Positions 27,217-39,849 of a stretch of DNA of 64,000 nt are shown here, in pieces; within the stretch, counting starts at the first letter, position 1, and the number at the start of each line of letters is the position of its first letter. The stretch is from the human T2T-CHM13v2.0 reference genome, Homo sapiens. Where the stretch lies: NCBI RefSeq assembly GCF_009914755.1, contig NC_060939.1; one strand, written 5' to 3'. The translations under genes and the position numbers were made by a program. The notes under the pieces are model-generated. The model was not told the origin of the DNA, did not search any database, and saw nothing but the letters and a program-made list of their open reading frames with translations.

Positions 27217-28726
27217 GTACCAGCAGGGCCTGGGGAGTGCGTCCTCCCGGTCTTCCCGTGAACGCTGCACATCGGGCCTCAGAAGAGGCCTAAGGCAGAA
27301 CAGGAACTTTTGAAGTAGACAGTGTGTGTGTGAGTGTGTCTGGTTTGAGGAACCGGTAGGAGGCAGTCATCCAAGCGAGATAGTGGCACAGACTGTGGTG
27401 GTGGCCATGGGGATGGAGACAAGCGGAGGGATTTGAGAAGAGTCTAGAAGGAAGGCTTGGCCTGGCCCGGTGAAGGCTGGAGCACGGCATACCTGAGGGA
27501 GGGGAAGGAGTGAAAGGCGGCTCCTTGTGGGCCAGAGCAGGGCACAGGAGCTCCCTGAAGGGAGAGCTGGTGTGGGCAGGGGGAGGTGGAGGAGATTGAA
27601 GTGCCGGAGCCACACACAGGTAGAACTAGTGAGTGCGCGTGAGCCTGCCCAGGCACGGGGCTGTGGGTTCAGCGACTGTTGCCATAGAGGTAGCGACTGC
27701 AACCACACGAGAGGAAAAGCCAGGGAGTCGGGGCAGAGCCTGGAGGAATCCAGCATTTAGGACCACTTTACCGTGCAAGTGGCACAGGAGACGGAGAAGC
27801 AGCAGCTGCTGCAGGGAGGAAAGCCGCGGGCATCATGTTGCCAGGATGGAGTGTTTCAACCCACCAGAGACAGAGTTAAGAAAGAGGGAAGACTGGGAAC
27901 TGGTTATTGGCCTGTTCCGGTAACCATCGAGTGCCATCGAGGACATTGGTGTCCCCAGCTGCTTGTGTGGAGTGGTGGGGCAGCAGCCAGATGGGGGTGG
28001 GGAAATGAACTCAGCACCTGTAGATGGCCCAGGTGAGAACTTCGGTTCTCAAGGAAGAGAGAGAAGAACTGGAAGGCTAGGGAAGGGCCCTGTGCTTCTG
28101 TGACTTCCGCTTCTGATATTTGGCAATTTCATTGAGATTACTTGCCTGTTCCTTGGTCCCCTTCCCAGACCATTGCTCCTCAAGGACAGTCACCACAGTT
28201 TGCTCATCTTTGAAACCTGCACATGCGGCACAGCTCTTGGCACATAGTGGCTACTGGCTACTGAACAAGTATATGTTCACCTGTTGTTGAACTAACAGCC
28301 AACAAAAGTCGCTAATAAATGGATGATGCCTGTTCCCAGAGTGCAAAATTTAAAAAACAAAAACAAAACAAAAAAAAAAAACCTCTGTTCTCTCTGTTCC
28401 CAGAACCGTCAAATGCCAAGCACTTCAGTTTTCACTCCTTAAACCATTCTCAGTAAACTAGTCTGTCTGGACAAAACTGGTTAGAAACCCCCTGTCATTC
28501 AGTGCCCCCAGGGGATGCAGTGACTGTGCTGGTTCACTTGAGGCCACCAGCTCGTTCCCTCACGGCATGACACTTCCCTCCCTGACAGCACCCATGAGTG
28601 GAGCACAGCTCCGAGAGGAAACATTCCTTATGCTACCATTTCATCCTTTCTGTTGGATTTCTGATAACATCAGAGTCCAGATTGGCTGCCTTTTGGAATT
28701 CTAAGCATTCACAAAAAACTCCGCTA

Positions 28727-28834
<108 letters not shown>

Positions 28835-29359
28835 TTAATACGTTGTCACATCTGAGATCCCAGTTTATCTTCAAAGCAATTTAATGAGGTAGATGGGGCT
28901 AGCAAGCTAATTTCACTGTGGATGAGGACCCAGAGCCACGCACACAGGCATGGCGCAGTGTGGAGGTTAAGACCGTGGCCCTCATGCTCACCAGACTCTG
29001 AATCCCAACTCTGCCACTGCTGGGCTCTGGGAGTGTGGACATAAGGGTTGTGGTTCCCACTCGAAAAGGCAGTGGCGAGGAGTAAATGAGATAATGTGTG
29101 TAGAGTGCTTGGCTCAGCACCTGAACACTGCCCTCAGTAAAGGGAAAATGTTTTTATTATTATAGAAATAGGAGTTACTGGAGCTACTGGACTGGGAACG
29201 CTTAAATGCAGTGCCCAATATTGTGTAATTCCCATCTAGACCTGGTACTTTTCACTCTAAATCCGGCACTTTGAAAAGATGATCTGTGGTCTCTGTGAAA
29301 TTAGAAAAGCAAACACAGATAATGCATCACATCCAGGTTTATGTGGGAACGTACCTGCA

Positions 29360-29800
29360 TCTTCATTCCACAAGTATTTACTGAGTACCTGCTGGGTGCT
29401 CATCCCTGTTACAAGCGTGAAACAAAGCAGAAGTCCAGGCCAAGCCTCCTGGAGCTTGCACTCAAGTTGAGGGAGAAGACAGATGATTTATAAGTGAATA
29501 AATGATAAAATAATTCCACCTACTGATAAGTGCTGTAAATAAAACGGCAACCTGACAGTTTCAGCAATTGTGGGAGTGGGCCCTTAGCTGAGGGATGGGG
29601 AAAAGCCTCTGAGGACATGACATTTGAGTTAAGGCCCAAGTGATGGAAAGAGCTGAGTCCCAGTTAGAACAATGAGCAAAGGTCCGAAACAGGAATGAGT
29701 TGAGATTTCCCATGGAGAAGAAGACAGGCTGACCTGTGTGCCTGTAGCAGAGCACCTCATAGCCAGAGAGGCAGGCAGGGCTGTTGTGGGGCCTTGAGGG
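29360..29800 (-). mobile_element. L2 LINE fragment
   Basis: ttcattccacaagtatttactgagtacc and catttgagttaagg motifs typical of the L2 3' end. Confidence 0.55.
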
Positions 29801-30181
29801 CTGGGGTCAGGTGGGGATTTTTACTCAGTGTTCAGGGTGCCAGTTAGGAGTAAGTGGTGTTGCCTCTCTGGTGTCCTTTGTGCTGTCAGAGGCAGCTCAT
29901 CGGCCAAGTTGCTGGCTAGGAGGTTTTACATAAGCTGCATGTTTGCACCTGACTTCTCCGTTCTGGCTCAGCTTCAGCCTCCCCTGGGCAGCTTTTCAAA
30001 GTCCTGAGTCCTGTATCAGAATCACCAAGGGTGGCTTCCCAGGAGGTCTGCCATGCTGCAGACTTCAGACTGTCTTTCTCTCCTCCCCCGTGCCCTGGCC
30101 TGCCCTCAGGCTGCATGCCTTGGTAAAGCCCACAGCTGACATCTTGACGCCTGCTCACCTGAGTTCTGTGCTCTCTTTCAG

Positions 30182-30307
30182 GTGGTTTTGATCAATGCCA
30201 TCAAAGATGTGGCCAAGGCCCTTTCTGATCTCATCAGTGCTACCAAGGGAGCTGCCAGCAAGCCAGTGGACGACCCTTCCATGTACCAGCTCAAGGGGGC
30301 TGCCAAG
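30182..30307 (+). CDS. TLN2: Talin-2 coding exon (window exon 8), R11, IBS2-type helix; VVLINAIKDVAKALSDLISATK...KGAAK
   Basis: ctctctttcag| acceptor, AAG|GTAGAG donor; 126 nt, phase 0-0; translated by hand. Confidence 0.96.
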
Positions 30308-30466
30308 GTAGAGTGGGGCTCCGACTGGGGATGAGCACCTGAGTTCTCTTCTCACTTAAAGGAAGGAGAGGCGTCCTTGCTCATAGCATGCGATCCAGAA
30401 GTAAAAGGAGTAGGGGCTGGACCTGAGTCACTGCACTATCTGTATTCATTCTCCCTTCCTATGCAG

Positions 30467-30583
30467 GTGATGGTGACCAATGTCACCTCGCTCCTCAAGA
30501 CTGTAAAGGCAGTGGAGGATGAGGCCACCCGGGGCACCAGGGCGCTTGAGGCCACAATTGAATGCATAAAGCAGGAGCTTACG
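30467..30583 (+). CDS. TLN2: Talin-2 coding exon (window exon 9), R11/R12; VMVTNVTSLL...CIKQELT
   Basis: cttcctatgcag| acceptor, ACG|GTAAGG donor; 117 nt, phase 0-0; follows a 159-nt intron. Confidence 0.97.
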
Positions 30584-31614
30584 GTAAGGAGCCAGCAGTT
30601 ACCTCCCTTGGGTACCAGAGTCCCACAGCTGACCCCAGTGAGGGCTCATTTGAGGTTTTTTACCAATGAGGTTTTACCTAAAACACCTGAACTGAGAATG
30701 CCCCTTCACCTGCCTGCTGGTAGCTTTATATAATTGAGACCCCATGTGTCACTGAGTTTGGCTGGGATTGATTTGTAAGTGTAATCAAGGAGTTAATTGA
30801 AATGTATCACTTAGGACTATTCAGGTTTACTTCCACTAAAATTATAGCACGAGATCAAAGCATTGTCAAAGATTCCTGGAAAAAGGGAAAGTCAGTATGA
30901 CTGTGCTTACCTGGAGCATTAATTCTGTGAACAGTGCTTAGCCTTTCTTGATGCACATTGCTCTTGGTACCCGCACACATGCAAAATTGGAAGTCTGCCG
31001 TTTGCTGTTGGAAAAGCCTAGAAGCCTTTACCTGAGACACTTCCCTTTAAAATCCAGCTTCTTTCCATTGGAGTCATCTGACCTGAGAGAAATTGACCCT
31101 GTTCTTTTCTGACTTGTTCCAGCATTGCAGAGTTGAGGACATTCTGGAGTTACTGCAATGTGGATGATATCTGCTGTTCTTATGATCCCACAATGGTTGT
31201 GGATTGGCTCATTCTAATCCCCACAAATAGAAATATGCCAAAAAGAGTAGTTTCAAACAGATTTCTTTTTGATAGGAGGTCTGATCACAGATTCAACTTT
31301 TTTGGGAAAGAGGGATACCTGCCTTTGCTGCCAATTGTTCTGCACCTTTAAAGGGTCACCTGCAAAAGCGACCTAGAGCACTAGAAACAATAGTAGAACA
31401 ATTTTGCAGGGTTTTGCTGACAGAAACTTGGGTTTTCTCGTCATATCATTAAAGAATCTAGCCTTGATTGATGTTGCGCTCAGTTCATGCTTTAAAGGAG
31501 AATCTAAAAAATACAGGAGTAACCTAAAAGCTGGTGGTGCCTTAAGTACCACTGCCTGGCACTTGCCTGGCTGCACAGGCTGGGTGTTTGCTACCAAAAT
31601 CTGGACACAGCTCC

Positions 31615-32223
31615 TTTTTTGTTATTTGTTTATGTTTGATTTTTGTGGGTACATAGTAGGTGTATATACTTAGGAGTTACATGAAATATTTTGATATAGG
31701 CATGCAATGCATAATAATCACATCAGGATAATTGGGGTATCCATCATCTCAAGCATTTATGCTTTGTGTTACAATCCAATTATACTCTTTTAGTTATTTT
31801 TAAATGTACAATTAAATTATTTTTTACTGTAGTTACCCACTGTGCTATCAAATACTAGGTCTTATTCATTCTTTCTACTTTTTGTAGCCATTATCCCTCC
31901 CCACTTCCCCACCCCGACCTCCCACTTCCGTACTACCCTTCTTAGCCTCTGGCAACGATCCTTCTACCCTCTATCTCCATGAGTTCAATTATTTTAATTT
32001 TTTCTGTCACAAATAAGTGAGAACATGCAAAGTGTGTCTTTCTGTGCCTGGCTTATTTCACTTAATGACCTCTAGTTCCATCCATGTTGTTGCTAATGAT
32101 AGGATCTCATTTTTTTTTTCCTATGGCTGAATAGTACTCCATTGTGTATGTGTACCACAGTAGCCAAGATTTGGAAGCAACCTAAGTGTCCATCAACAGA
32201 TGAATGGACACACATATACAATG

Positions 32224-32262
<39 letters not shown>

Positions 32263-34000
32263 ATATTGAAGAGATATCTGCACTCCCATGTTTATTGCAG
32301 TTTACTTCATATATATGATCTTGGCTATTGTGAATAGTGCTGCAGTAAACATGGGAGTGCAGATATCTCTTTAATAAACTGATATCCTTTCTTTTGGGTG
32401 TATACCTAGGAGTAGGATTGCTGGATCACAAAGTAGCTCTAATTTTAGTTTTTTGAGGAATCTCCAAACTCTTCTCCATAGTGTTTGTACTAATTTACAT
32501 TCCCACCCACAGTGAACAAGGGTTCCCTTTTCTCCACATCCCTGCCAGCATTTGTTATTGCCTGCCTTTTGGATATAAGCCATTTTAACTGGGGTGAAAT
32601 GATATCACATTGTAGTTTTGATTTGCATTTCTCTGATGATGAATGATGTTGAGCACCCTTTCATATGCCTGTTTGCCGTTTGTATGTCTTCTTTTGAGAA
32701 ATGTCTATTGAGACCTTTTGCCCTTCTTTTGATTATTATATTTTTTCCTATAGAATTGTTTGAGCTCCTTACATAGGCTAGTTATTAACCCCTTGTCAGA
32801 TATGTAGTTTGCAACTGTTTTCTCCCGTTCTGTGGGTTGATTGTTTCCTTTGCTGTGCAAAAGCTTTTTAACTTGATGTAATCCCATTTGTCTGTTTTCA
32901 TCAGCTATACTATTCTGGAGTAAATGTTTTTTTCCTTCAGGACTTTAAATATGTCATGCCCCTCTCTCCTGGCCTGTAAGGCTTCCACTGAGAAGTCTGC
33001 TGCTAAGCATATTGGAGCTCCATTGTGTGTTATTTGTTTCTTTTCTCTTGCTGCTCTTGGGATCCTTTCTTATCCTTGACCTTTGGGAGTTTGATTATTA
33101 AATTCCTTGCAGTAGTCTTCTTTGGGTTAAATCTGGTTGGTCTTCTATAACCTTCTTGTACTTGGATATTGATAGCTTTCTCTAGGTTTGGGAAGTTCTC
33201 TTTGAATAAACTTTCTACCCCATCTCTTTTTCTACCTCCTTTTTAAGGCCAATAACTCTTAAATTTGTCCTTTTGAAGCTATTTTCTAGATCCTGTAGGC
33301 ATGCTTCATTGTTTTCTATTCTTTTTTGTCTCCTCTATGTTTTCAAATAGCCTGTCTTCAAGCTTACTAATTATTTCTTCTATGTGATCAGTTCTGCCAT
33401 TAAAAGACGCTTATGCATTCTTCAGTATGTTAATTGCCATTTTCAGCTCCAGAATATCTGCTTGATTCTTTTTAATTATTTCAATTTCTTTGCTAAATTC
33501 ATCTGATAGGATTCTGATTCCCTCTTTGTGTTATCTTGAATCTGAGTTTCCTCAGCACAGCTCTTTTGAATTCTTTGTCTGAAAGGTCACATATCCCCAG
33601 GATTAGTCCCTGGTAACTTATTTAGTTGGTTCAGTGAGGTTATGTTTTCCTGGATGCTTATAGGTGTTCATTTGTGTCTAGACATTGAAGAGTTAGGTAT
33701 TTATTATAGTCTTCACAGTCTGGGCTTGTTTGTGCCTGTCTTTCTTGGGAAGGCTTTCCAGGTACTCGAAAGGACTTGGATGTTATGATCTAAGCCGTAT
33801 CTGCATCGGGGAGCACACCAAGCTCAGTAACACTGTAGTTTTTGCAGACTCATAAAGGTACCATCTTGATGGTCTTGGATAAGATCCAGAAGAATTATCT
33901 GGATTACCAGATAATTACTTTCTCCCAAACAAATGGACTCTGTCACTCTGTGCTGAGCCTCCTGAAGCTAGGGGTGGGGTGACACAGGTACCCCTGTGAA
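31615..34000 (-). mobile_element. L1MA-like LINE-1 fragments (3'UTR/ORF2 end about 31615-32900 joined to ORF1-region sequence about 32900-34000)
   Basis: tttgtgggtacatagtagg...; ORF2 C-terminal remnants in the ORF track ([19 protein letters not shown]); no intact ORF. Confidence 0.85.
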
Positions 34001-34131
34001 CATAGCTTCTGACATGCATAGGCAGGCCTAATGGTGGTGATCAAAGAGACTTGAAATTTGGAGCCATCCTGGGAAACTACAGACACATGGGTTATTCTGA
34101 GTATACCAGTGTTATTTAAAATTCACCCAGA

Positions 34132-34363
34132 GGCCAGGCATGGCAGCGCACGCCTGTAATTCCAGCACTTTAGGAGGCTGAGGCAGGAGGATTGCTTGAG
34201 CCCAGGAGTTTGAGCCCAGCCTGGGCAACATAGGGAAACCACATCTCTACAAAAAATTAAAAAGTTAGCCAGGTGTGGTGGCCTGAACCAGTAATCCCAG
34301 CTACTCAGGAGGCTGAGGTGGAAGACTCACTTTAGCCCAGGAGGTCAAAGTTGCTGTGAGCCG
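34132..34363 (+). mobile_element. AluJ, 3'-truncated
   Basis: Sense Alu ending at gtgagccg; 15-bp TSD taaaattcacccaga at 34117-34131 and 34391-34405. Confidence 0.85.
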
Positions 34364-35416
34364 GGTTGACTGAATTTTATTCTGGCTGAATAAAATTCAC
34401 CCAGATCGTGGGTTTCCATGTAGCGCGTGCCATGAGGGCCTCATTAGTGTGAAGGACTCTACGTGTGGCCTTCATTCCGCTGTAGCATTCAAGGGTGAAG
34501 TGGGGATTTGGGGTCCTGGACTGCTTAATTGCAGTTGCCCATTTTCAGCAGTGATGTTTGACATTGGTTGGCATTCTATGGGATGCCAACTGAGCCCACT
34601 CTTCTGCATCAGGGAAGCCTTCCTTGCTGAAACATGGTTGCCTAGGGCTGAAGACAGGGTAGCCCCACCTAGGCTAGGGGCCCTCGTGTAGGGACAGAGG
34701 CACATTCAGCACATACCCAGGGTACCAATCACTCATGTTAGAGAGCCAGAACAGATGAGCATGAAGCAGAAATGGGATATTGACTTACCATGGTGAATTT
34801 ATTTCAGCCTCTCTAAAGGGGGTGGGTCGGTGGGTTGCTAAATAATTCACAGTGTCACCATGGCGCACTCGACGTGAACACCTCTGCACAATTATGCAGT
34901 TATATTTATAAGACAGGCTAAGAATAGAAGGAACTGATGCTTCATTTCCCCCAACCTCACATCCTCTCAGAGAGAGAGAGGTGAGTCCTGAGTGATTGGG
35001 CCAGGTCAGTCCTGCCCTGAAACCAGCACTGGGACTGAGAGTGTATGGAAACTGCCAAAGCACCAGCAGGGATGGGGGAAGAGAACTATGAAGCCATACA
35101 ACAACCTTTCACAGGATGGGTAGTGTGTAAATATTGGGTGTCAGTTTCTGCAGACCAACAGGTTAACACTCTAGATACGTCTCCCTCACCATATTGTTCC
35201 CATGAATGTTTAGTGTAGGTGCAAGAGGTTTGTCCATGAGATTCTTGAAAACAAGAACCATATTACTGTACTCAAATTTCTAATTTCGCCATGTGACAGT
35301 TTCTTCCAGTTACTGGCTCAGTTTTCAGACACAAGCTACAGCCTGGTTGGAGAAGAATAAATTATTTTTTTCGTTTCCTTTTTGATTTTTTTAACCTCTC
35401 TGTTTCTGACTTCCAG

Positions 35417-35602
35417 GTGTTCCAGTCAAAAGACGTACCTGAAAAGACATCATCACCTGAAGAATCCATAAGGATGACGAAAGGCATCACCATGGCAACA
35501 GCCAAAGCCGTGGCAGCTGGGAACTCATGTAGACAGGAGGACGTGATTGCTACTGCCAACCTGAGCCGGAAAGCCGTGTCAGATATGTTGACGGCTTGCA
35601 AG
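35417..35602 (+). CDS. TLN2: Talin-2 coding exon (window exon 10), R12; VFQSKDVPEK...DMLTACK
   Basis: ctgacttccag| acceptor, AAG|GTAAAG donor; 186 nt, phase 0-0. Confidence 0.97.
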
Positions 35603-35724
35603 GTAAAGAGCTTGGCATGGTTTTGGATGGACAGATGATTCTCTGTCGTGACTGGGTTGCTTGGTGTAGTCTGAAAAAGGGGAGGGGCTCAGAACCTTAA
35701 ACTTTGTAATAAAAATGCACACAG

Positions 35725-36023
35725 GGCCAGGGGTAGTGGCTTATGCCTGAAATCCCAACACTCTGGGAGCTGAGACAGGAGGATCGCTTGAGACCAGGAA
35801 TTTGAGACCAGCCTGGGCAACATAGTGAGACCTCATCTCTTAAAAAAAATTTTTTTTAAGTAACCAAGTGTGGTGGTGTGTACCTGTGGTCCTAGCTACT
35901 CAGAATAGTAGCTATGGCAGGAGGATCACTTGAGCCCAGGAGTTCAAGGCTGCAGTGAGCTATGATTATGCTGCACTCCAGCCTAGGTGACAGAGCAAAA
36001 CCCTGTCCGTTTAAAAAAAAAAA
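35725..36023 (+). mobile_element. AluJ
   Basis: Diverged sense dimer; TSD aaaaatgcac. Confidence 0.85.
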
Positions 36024-38927
36024 TGCACGCTGAATATGGCATACGCACCAGCCTGTGGGAAATGACTCTCTAAGGCAGTTTTGTGTTTGAGAGGGGATGG
36101 AGTCAGCCTTGCTGGCCCTAATCCTCCCCCTTCTTTCTAGTTCTTCCTAAATAGGCAGGAAGCCTTCTTGCAGAGTGTGGTGGAGGCCTCTCCGAGGGTG
36201 GTGGATAGGGATTGCAGCACTTGGTTCCAGCTCCTCCAAATGGAAAATGTTTGCTCTTCCGCTGGACCCTTGTTTACCCCCATAGGTCAGCCATTGTGCA
36301 CTAGGAGAGGTGTTGCCATCCCTGGTGAGGAAGTGAGTTGGAGGAATATAGCAGAACTTGGGGAGCTGCTTTTCACAGTCTGTGCTAGACATCTTGGAAA
36401 AATTCCTCTGTTCCTTAGGTAGATAGTTGGAGCAACTGCCCTGAGCCTGTGCTTGGTGAGGGAGCTGTGGAGACCCAGGGCCTGGAACCTTTATTTTTGA
36501 TCTATTAGGAAAGTGAACTATAAGAGCCCCCACCCTAGGCCTTCCCCCTTCTTGGGACAGCCTTGCCCCCAGGGACTCCGGCTTCTGCTCAGCAATCAAT
36601 TGATGATCCGCTGCCATGGTGAGTGAGGGCAGAATTGAAGACCAGCTCCTACAGCGTGGGGTCTCAGGGAGCAGAGCCATTCTTTGTGGTAAAGTGAGTT
36701 CTGCTGGAGTTGCTGCTGCAAGATCCAACTCTTATGGCTTCTTGGTGGCTCCTCAGAAGGAGAGGGAGGTAAGGGAGGGGGTGATGACGGAATTTGTGTG
36801 CAAGGGCCTGGCCCTGGGAGACAGTACCACATTTATGGGACCCCTGGGTGTGATGAAGGGTGGAGAGAAGAGGGTGTGTTGGAAAAGACAGGGCTGGAAA
36901 GATTCCGCTTTCACACAGGACGCAGGGCTTGCTAGATGAGGGAGTTAGGACTCTCTCTCCTGAGGCTGCAAGTATTGGCCACTTTGATATGCTCAGTGGA
37001 GTCCACCTACCATAAGAGATAACTGCCAAAGGGGTTACATCCTCAATCAGAGAGTAAAGGCCTGCATGCATCGTGGTGTACACACACGGAATCTCAAAAT
37101 TTTCGAAGAGCTGTCATATATATTCTCTCATTTGATCCCATATGAGAAAGGCGAGAGTAATTATTCTGTTTGTTACATGATGAAATGGGCTCAGAGAGAG
37201 AAGTGGCATGACCAAGGTCACGCAGCTATTTACTGTCAGATCCAGAACTGAAATTAGCTCTCCTGATTTCTCAGCCAGTCTGTTTCTGCTACTCAGGGCC
37301 TCCCAGATGTAATGTTCAAGGTCGCTATGGTTGATGCGTGACAGATGCTTTTGTCCCCAAGCTACAGACGTGAACAGGGGAAACTGAACAGAAGAGAAAC
37401 CATGATTAAATGGTCTTTTTAAAGGGAATGCAGCTCAGATGTTTAAGTCTCTCCTAACGTGTGCTCCCCTGTTTTCAGGGGAGGAGCTCAGGTAGAACAG
37501 TGTGGGTGCTATTTGCCCATCCTCAGCCCCTCTCTGTCATCTCGACCCTGGGATGCGTTATCTGGGCATTGCAGGACAAGATAGCAGCCAGAGCTCTAAA
37601 GCCTGAATGTCAGCTTCACACACCAAAATCAGACTTGACAGGAGTCACTGCTGAGCCCTGATGCTCCTGTTAGGATAGGACTGACTTAGCGAACTCACTA
37701 ACATTTCCATTTCCCTTGATCTCCTGTATCCCTCACCCCTTTGCAAATGGAAATGAGGCCTCTGGCCGAAAGGGAGCGCATGCAATAATGCATAGACAGG
37801 AAACCTGGGTTGCTGAGTGGTGGTCAAGACGGAAGCCTTAAATGCCAAGCAGAAGGGCCGAGTCGCCCTAGTCCAGCTCTGCCTTTTCCCTGGTTACCCT
37901 ACTCAGCCCACACACGGAGGGGCAGAAAATTACATACTGGCTCATCTTAGAATGGAAGGATTACTGCAGTTCCTTAGGCAGAGAGAAAGACTTACCTAAA
38001 CCCTAAGTTAATTCTCATGCATATTTCTTTCTAGTCTTACTTTCATTTGCACATCTGTATATTAGATGTAATTTTATGTCTACTGTTATAATTAATGTTA
38101 TAAAGCTATTTCTGTGTTGCTATATTGCTGACTTTTTAATGACTACAAAATACCCTTAATGAATATTATCTTCCCACTGTTGACAGATATTTAGGCTGTC
38201 TGCATTTTTTAAAAATCATGAACTTTACTGCAGTAAACATCTTTGGGCATATCTGTTTTTTTCTGTGCTTTGGATTATTTCCTTAGGCAAGATTCCTAGA
38301 AATAGAATTAGTGGGTCCAATAGTATAAGAGTTTAATTAGTGCCACATTGTTCTCCCAAAGGGTTCTACCCGGTTACAGAGCCCCCAGCAGTGCACGCAA
38401 GCACCTCAGCTCCACCTCTCCCACTCCCTACACACGGGCTTGCACATAACCTGCTGGAAGTGACTCTGAGTAGCATCCGGGCCTGTGTCTTCCCGCAGTG
38501 GTGTCTCATCAAACAGACGTGGGGCCTTGTGCCTCACCGTTCGAGGCACAGGGGTATGAGGATGAACAACAAGTGATGGTGGGTGGCTGGGAGCATGGCT
38601 TTTGGTTCCTGCCTCCGAGCCCATTAGTCCTCAGATGAGGAAAAGCTGGCTCATACATGACATGCTGGCCATGAGAATTAGCCCCACTCTGTCCAGGGAC
38701 TGGGGGTAAGTCAAGGGGGGAGCCCAAGGTATTCCCATCAGCACTCACATTCCTAGGAAGAGGGGCTTGAGTGGATAAAACATGGATCCTGGTCTTTGCC
38801 CTCAGCTTTTACCTTTTATCCCAATGTGTGATTTGTGTTTGTCCTGATTAGCAGTATATTTGTAGTTTTATGTATTTCTGCAAGCCCCTCAGTTTCTTTC
38901 CAGAGGGAAGCTGTAGAAGGAAGGGGT

Positions 38928-39041
38928 AGGGTTGCTAGTTGTAAAAAATAAAAAATAGGATGTCCCATACTTGCTAAAAATTTTTTTTCATTGATTATCT
39001 GAAATTCAAATTTAACTGGGTGCATTTTATCTGGTGACTCT
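38928..39041. mobile_element. MER53-like hAT MITE, internally deleted
   Basis: agggttgc... terminus and tatctgaaattcaaatttaactggg...ttttatctgg matching the MER53 palindrome as recalled. Confidence 0.65.
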
Positions 39042-39741
39042 GTGAATGGGTATCCCTTCAGAAATGATGTAATCATGAATGACTCAAGTTAGCAGGTCGT
39101 AAGTACAAGAAAAAAGCTCAAGATGCTGTGTTAAGCATGTGTGCTGGTTTGTGTATCTCGACTTTTGTATAATATGAGATGAGTTATGGTGCCTCTAGGG
39201 TACTGGGGAGCTAGCTATCTGAAGTTTCCCAGGAGCTAGAGGGCCCTGGTCACAGAGACCTCACTGACTGCAGCATGGTCAGGCCCAGGGGTGAGAGCCT
39301 GGGCTTAATTAGCCTGTGAGCAGAGAGGGGCTTTCAGGACCCCTTAAGCTGCTAAAGAGAGGCAAAGCTGACCCTAGGTCAGTACGTCTCCAGCTGTAAG
39401 CGCTGATCATGAATCTTGCCTGGATGTTTTTGTGCATGTGGAATTTTTTGCATTTCAAAAAAATGTGGGGTGGGAAAAGGAGGAACAAAGGTCCAGATTG
39501 AGCTGTTTCTATCGTTTGGCCCCAGGGCACTAACAAAGTCTGCACACAGACTGCATCAGAGGGCCTGCTGTGGGCAGGTGGGAGGTGGCAGGAGGACGTA
39601 GAGGAGAGATACCTCTTCTGTCCAGGGAGTCAGGGCAGTTTCTTGAGGTCACCAGGGTTAAGGTCTCTTGCCTCTGAGTCTGGGACTGCCCAATGCTGGC
39701 TTTTCCCATGTTAAGATTTCAGCATTCCTTTCTCTCTCCAG

Positions 39742-39849
39742 CAAGCATCCTTCCACCCCGATGTCAGTGACGAGGTGAGAACCAGAGCCTTGCGTTTCGG
39801 GACGGAGTGCACCCTTGGCTACTTGGACCTCCTGGAGCACGTCTTGGTG
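39742..39849 (+). CDS. TLN2: Talin-2 coding exon (window exon 11), R12; QASFHPDVSDEVRTRALRFGTECTLGYLDLLEHVLV
   Basis: tctctctccag| acceptor, GTG|GTAAGA donor; 108 nt, phase 0-0; translated by hand. Confidence 0.96.

Noticed and set aside
30308-30466. 159-nt intron, a multiple of 3: possible in-frame retention
   Set aside because: Contains an in-frame TGA at the ninth codon, so retention would truncate the protein.
32371-32887. ORFs resembling the L1 ORF2 C-terminus
   Set aside because: Decayed L1 remnants with stops and frameshifts; not a gene.
36147-36728. Longest ORF in the track (193 aa, minus strand)
   Set aside because: No recognisable domain, non-ATG start, composition typical of GC-rich intron; consistent with chance.
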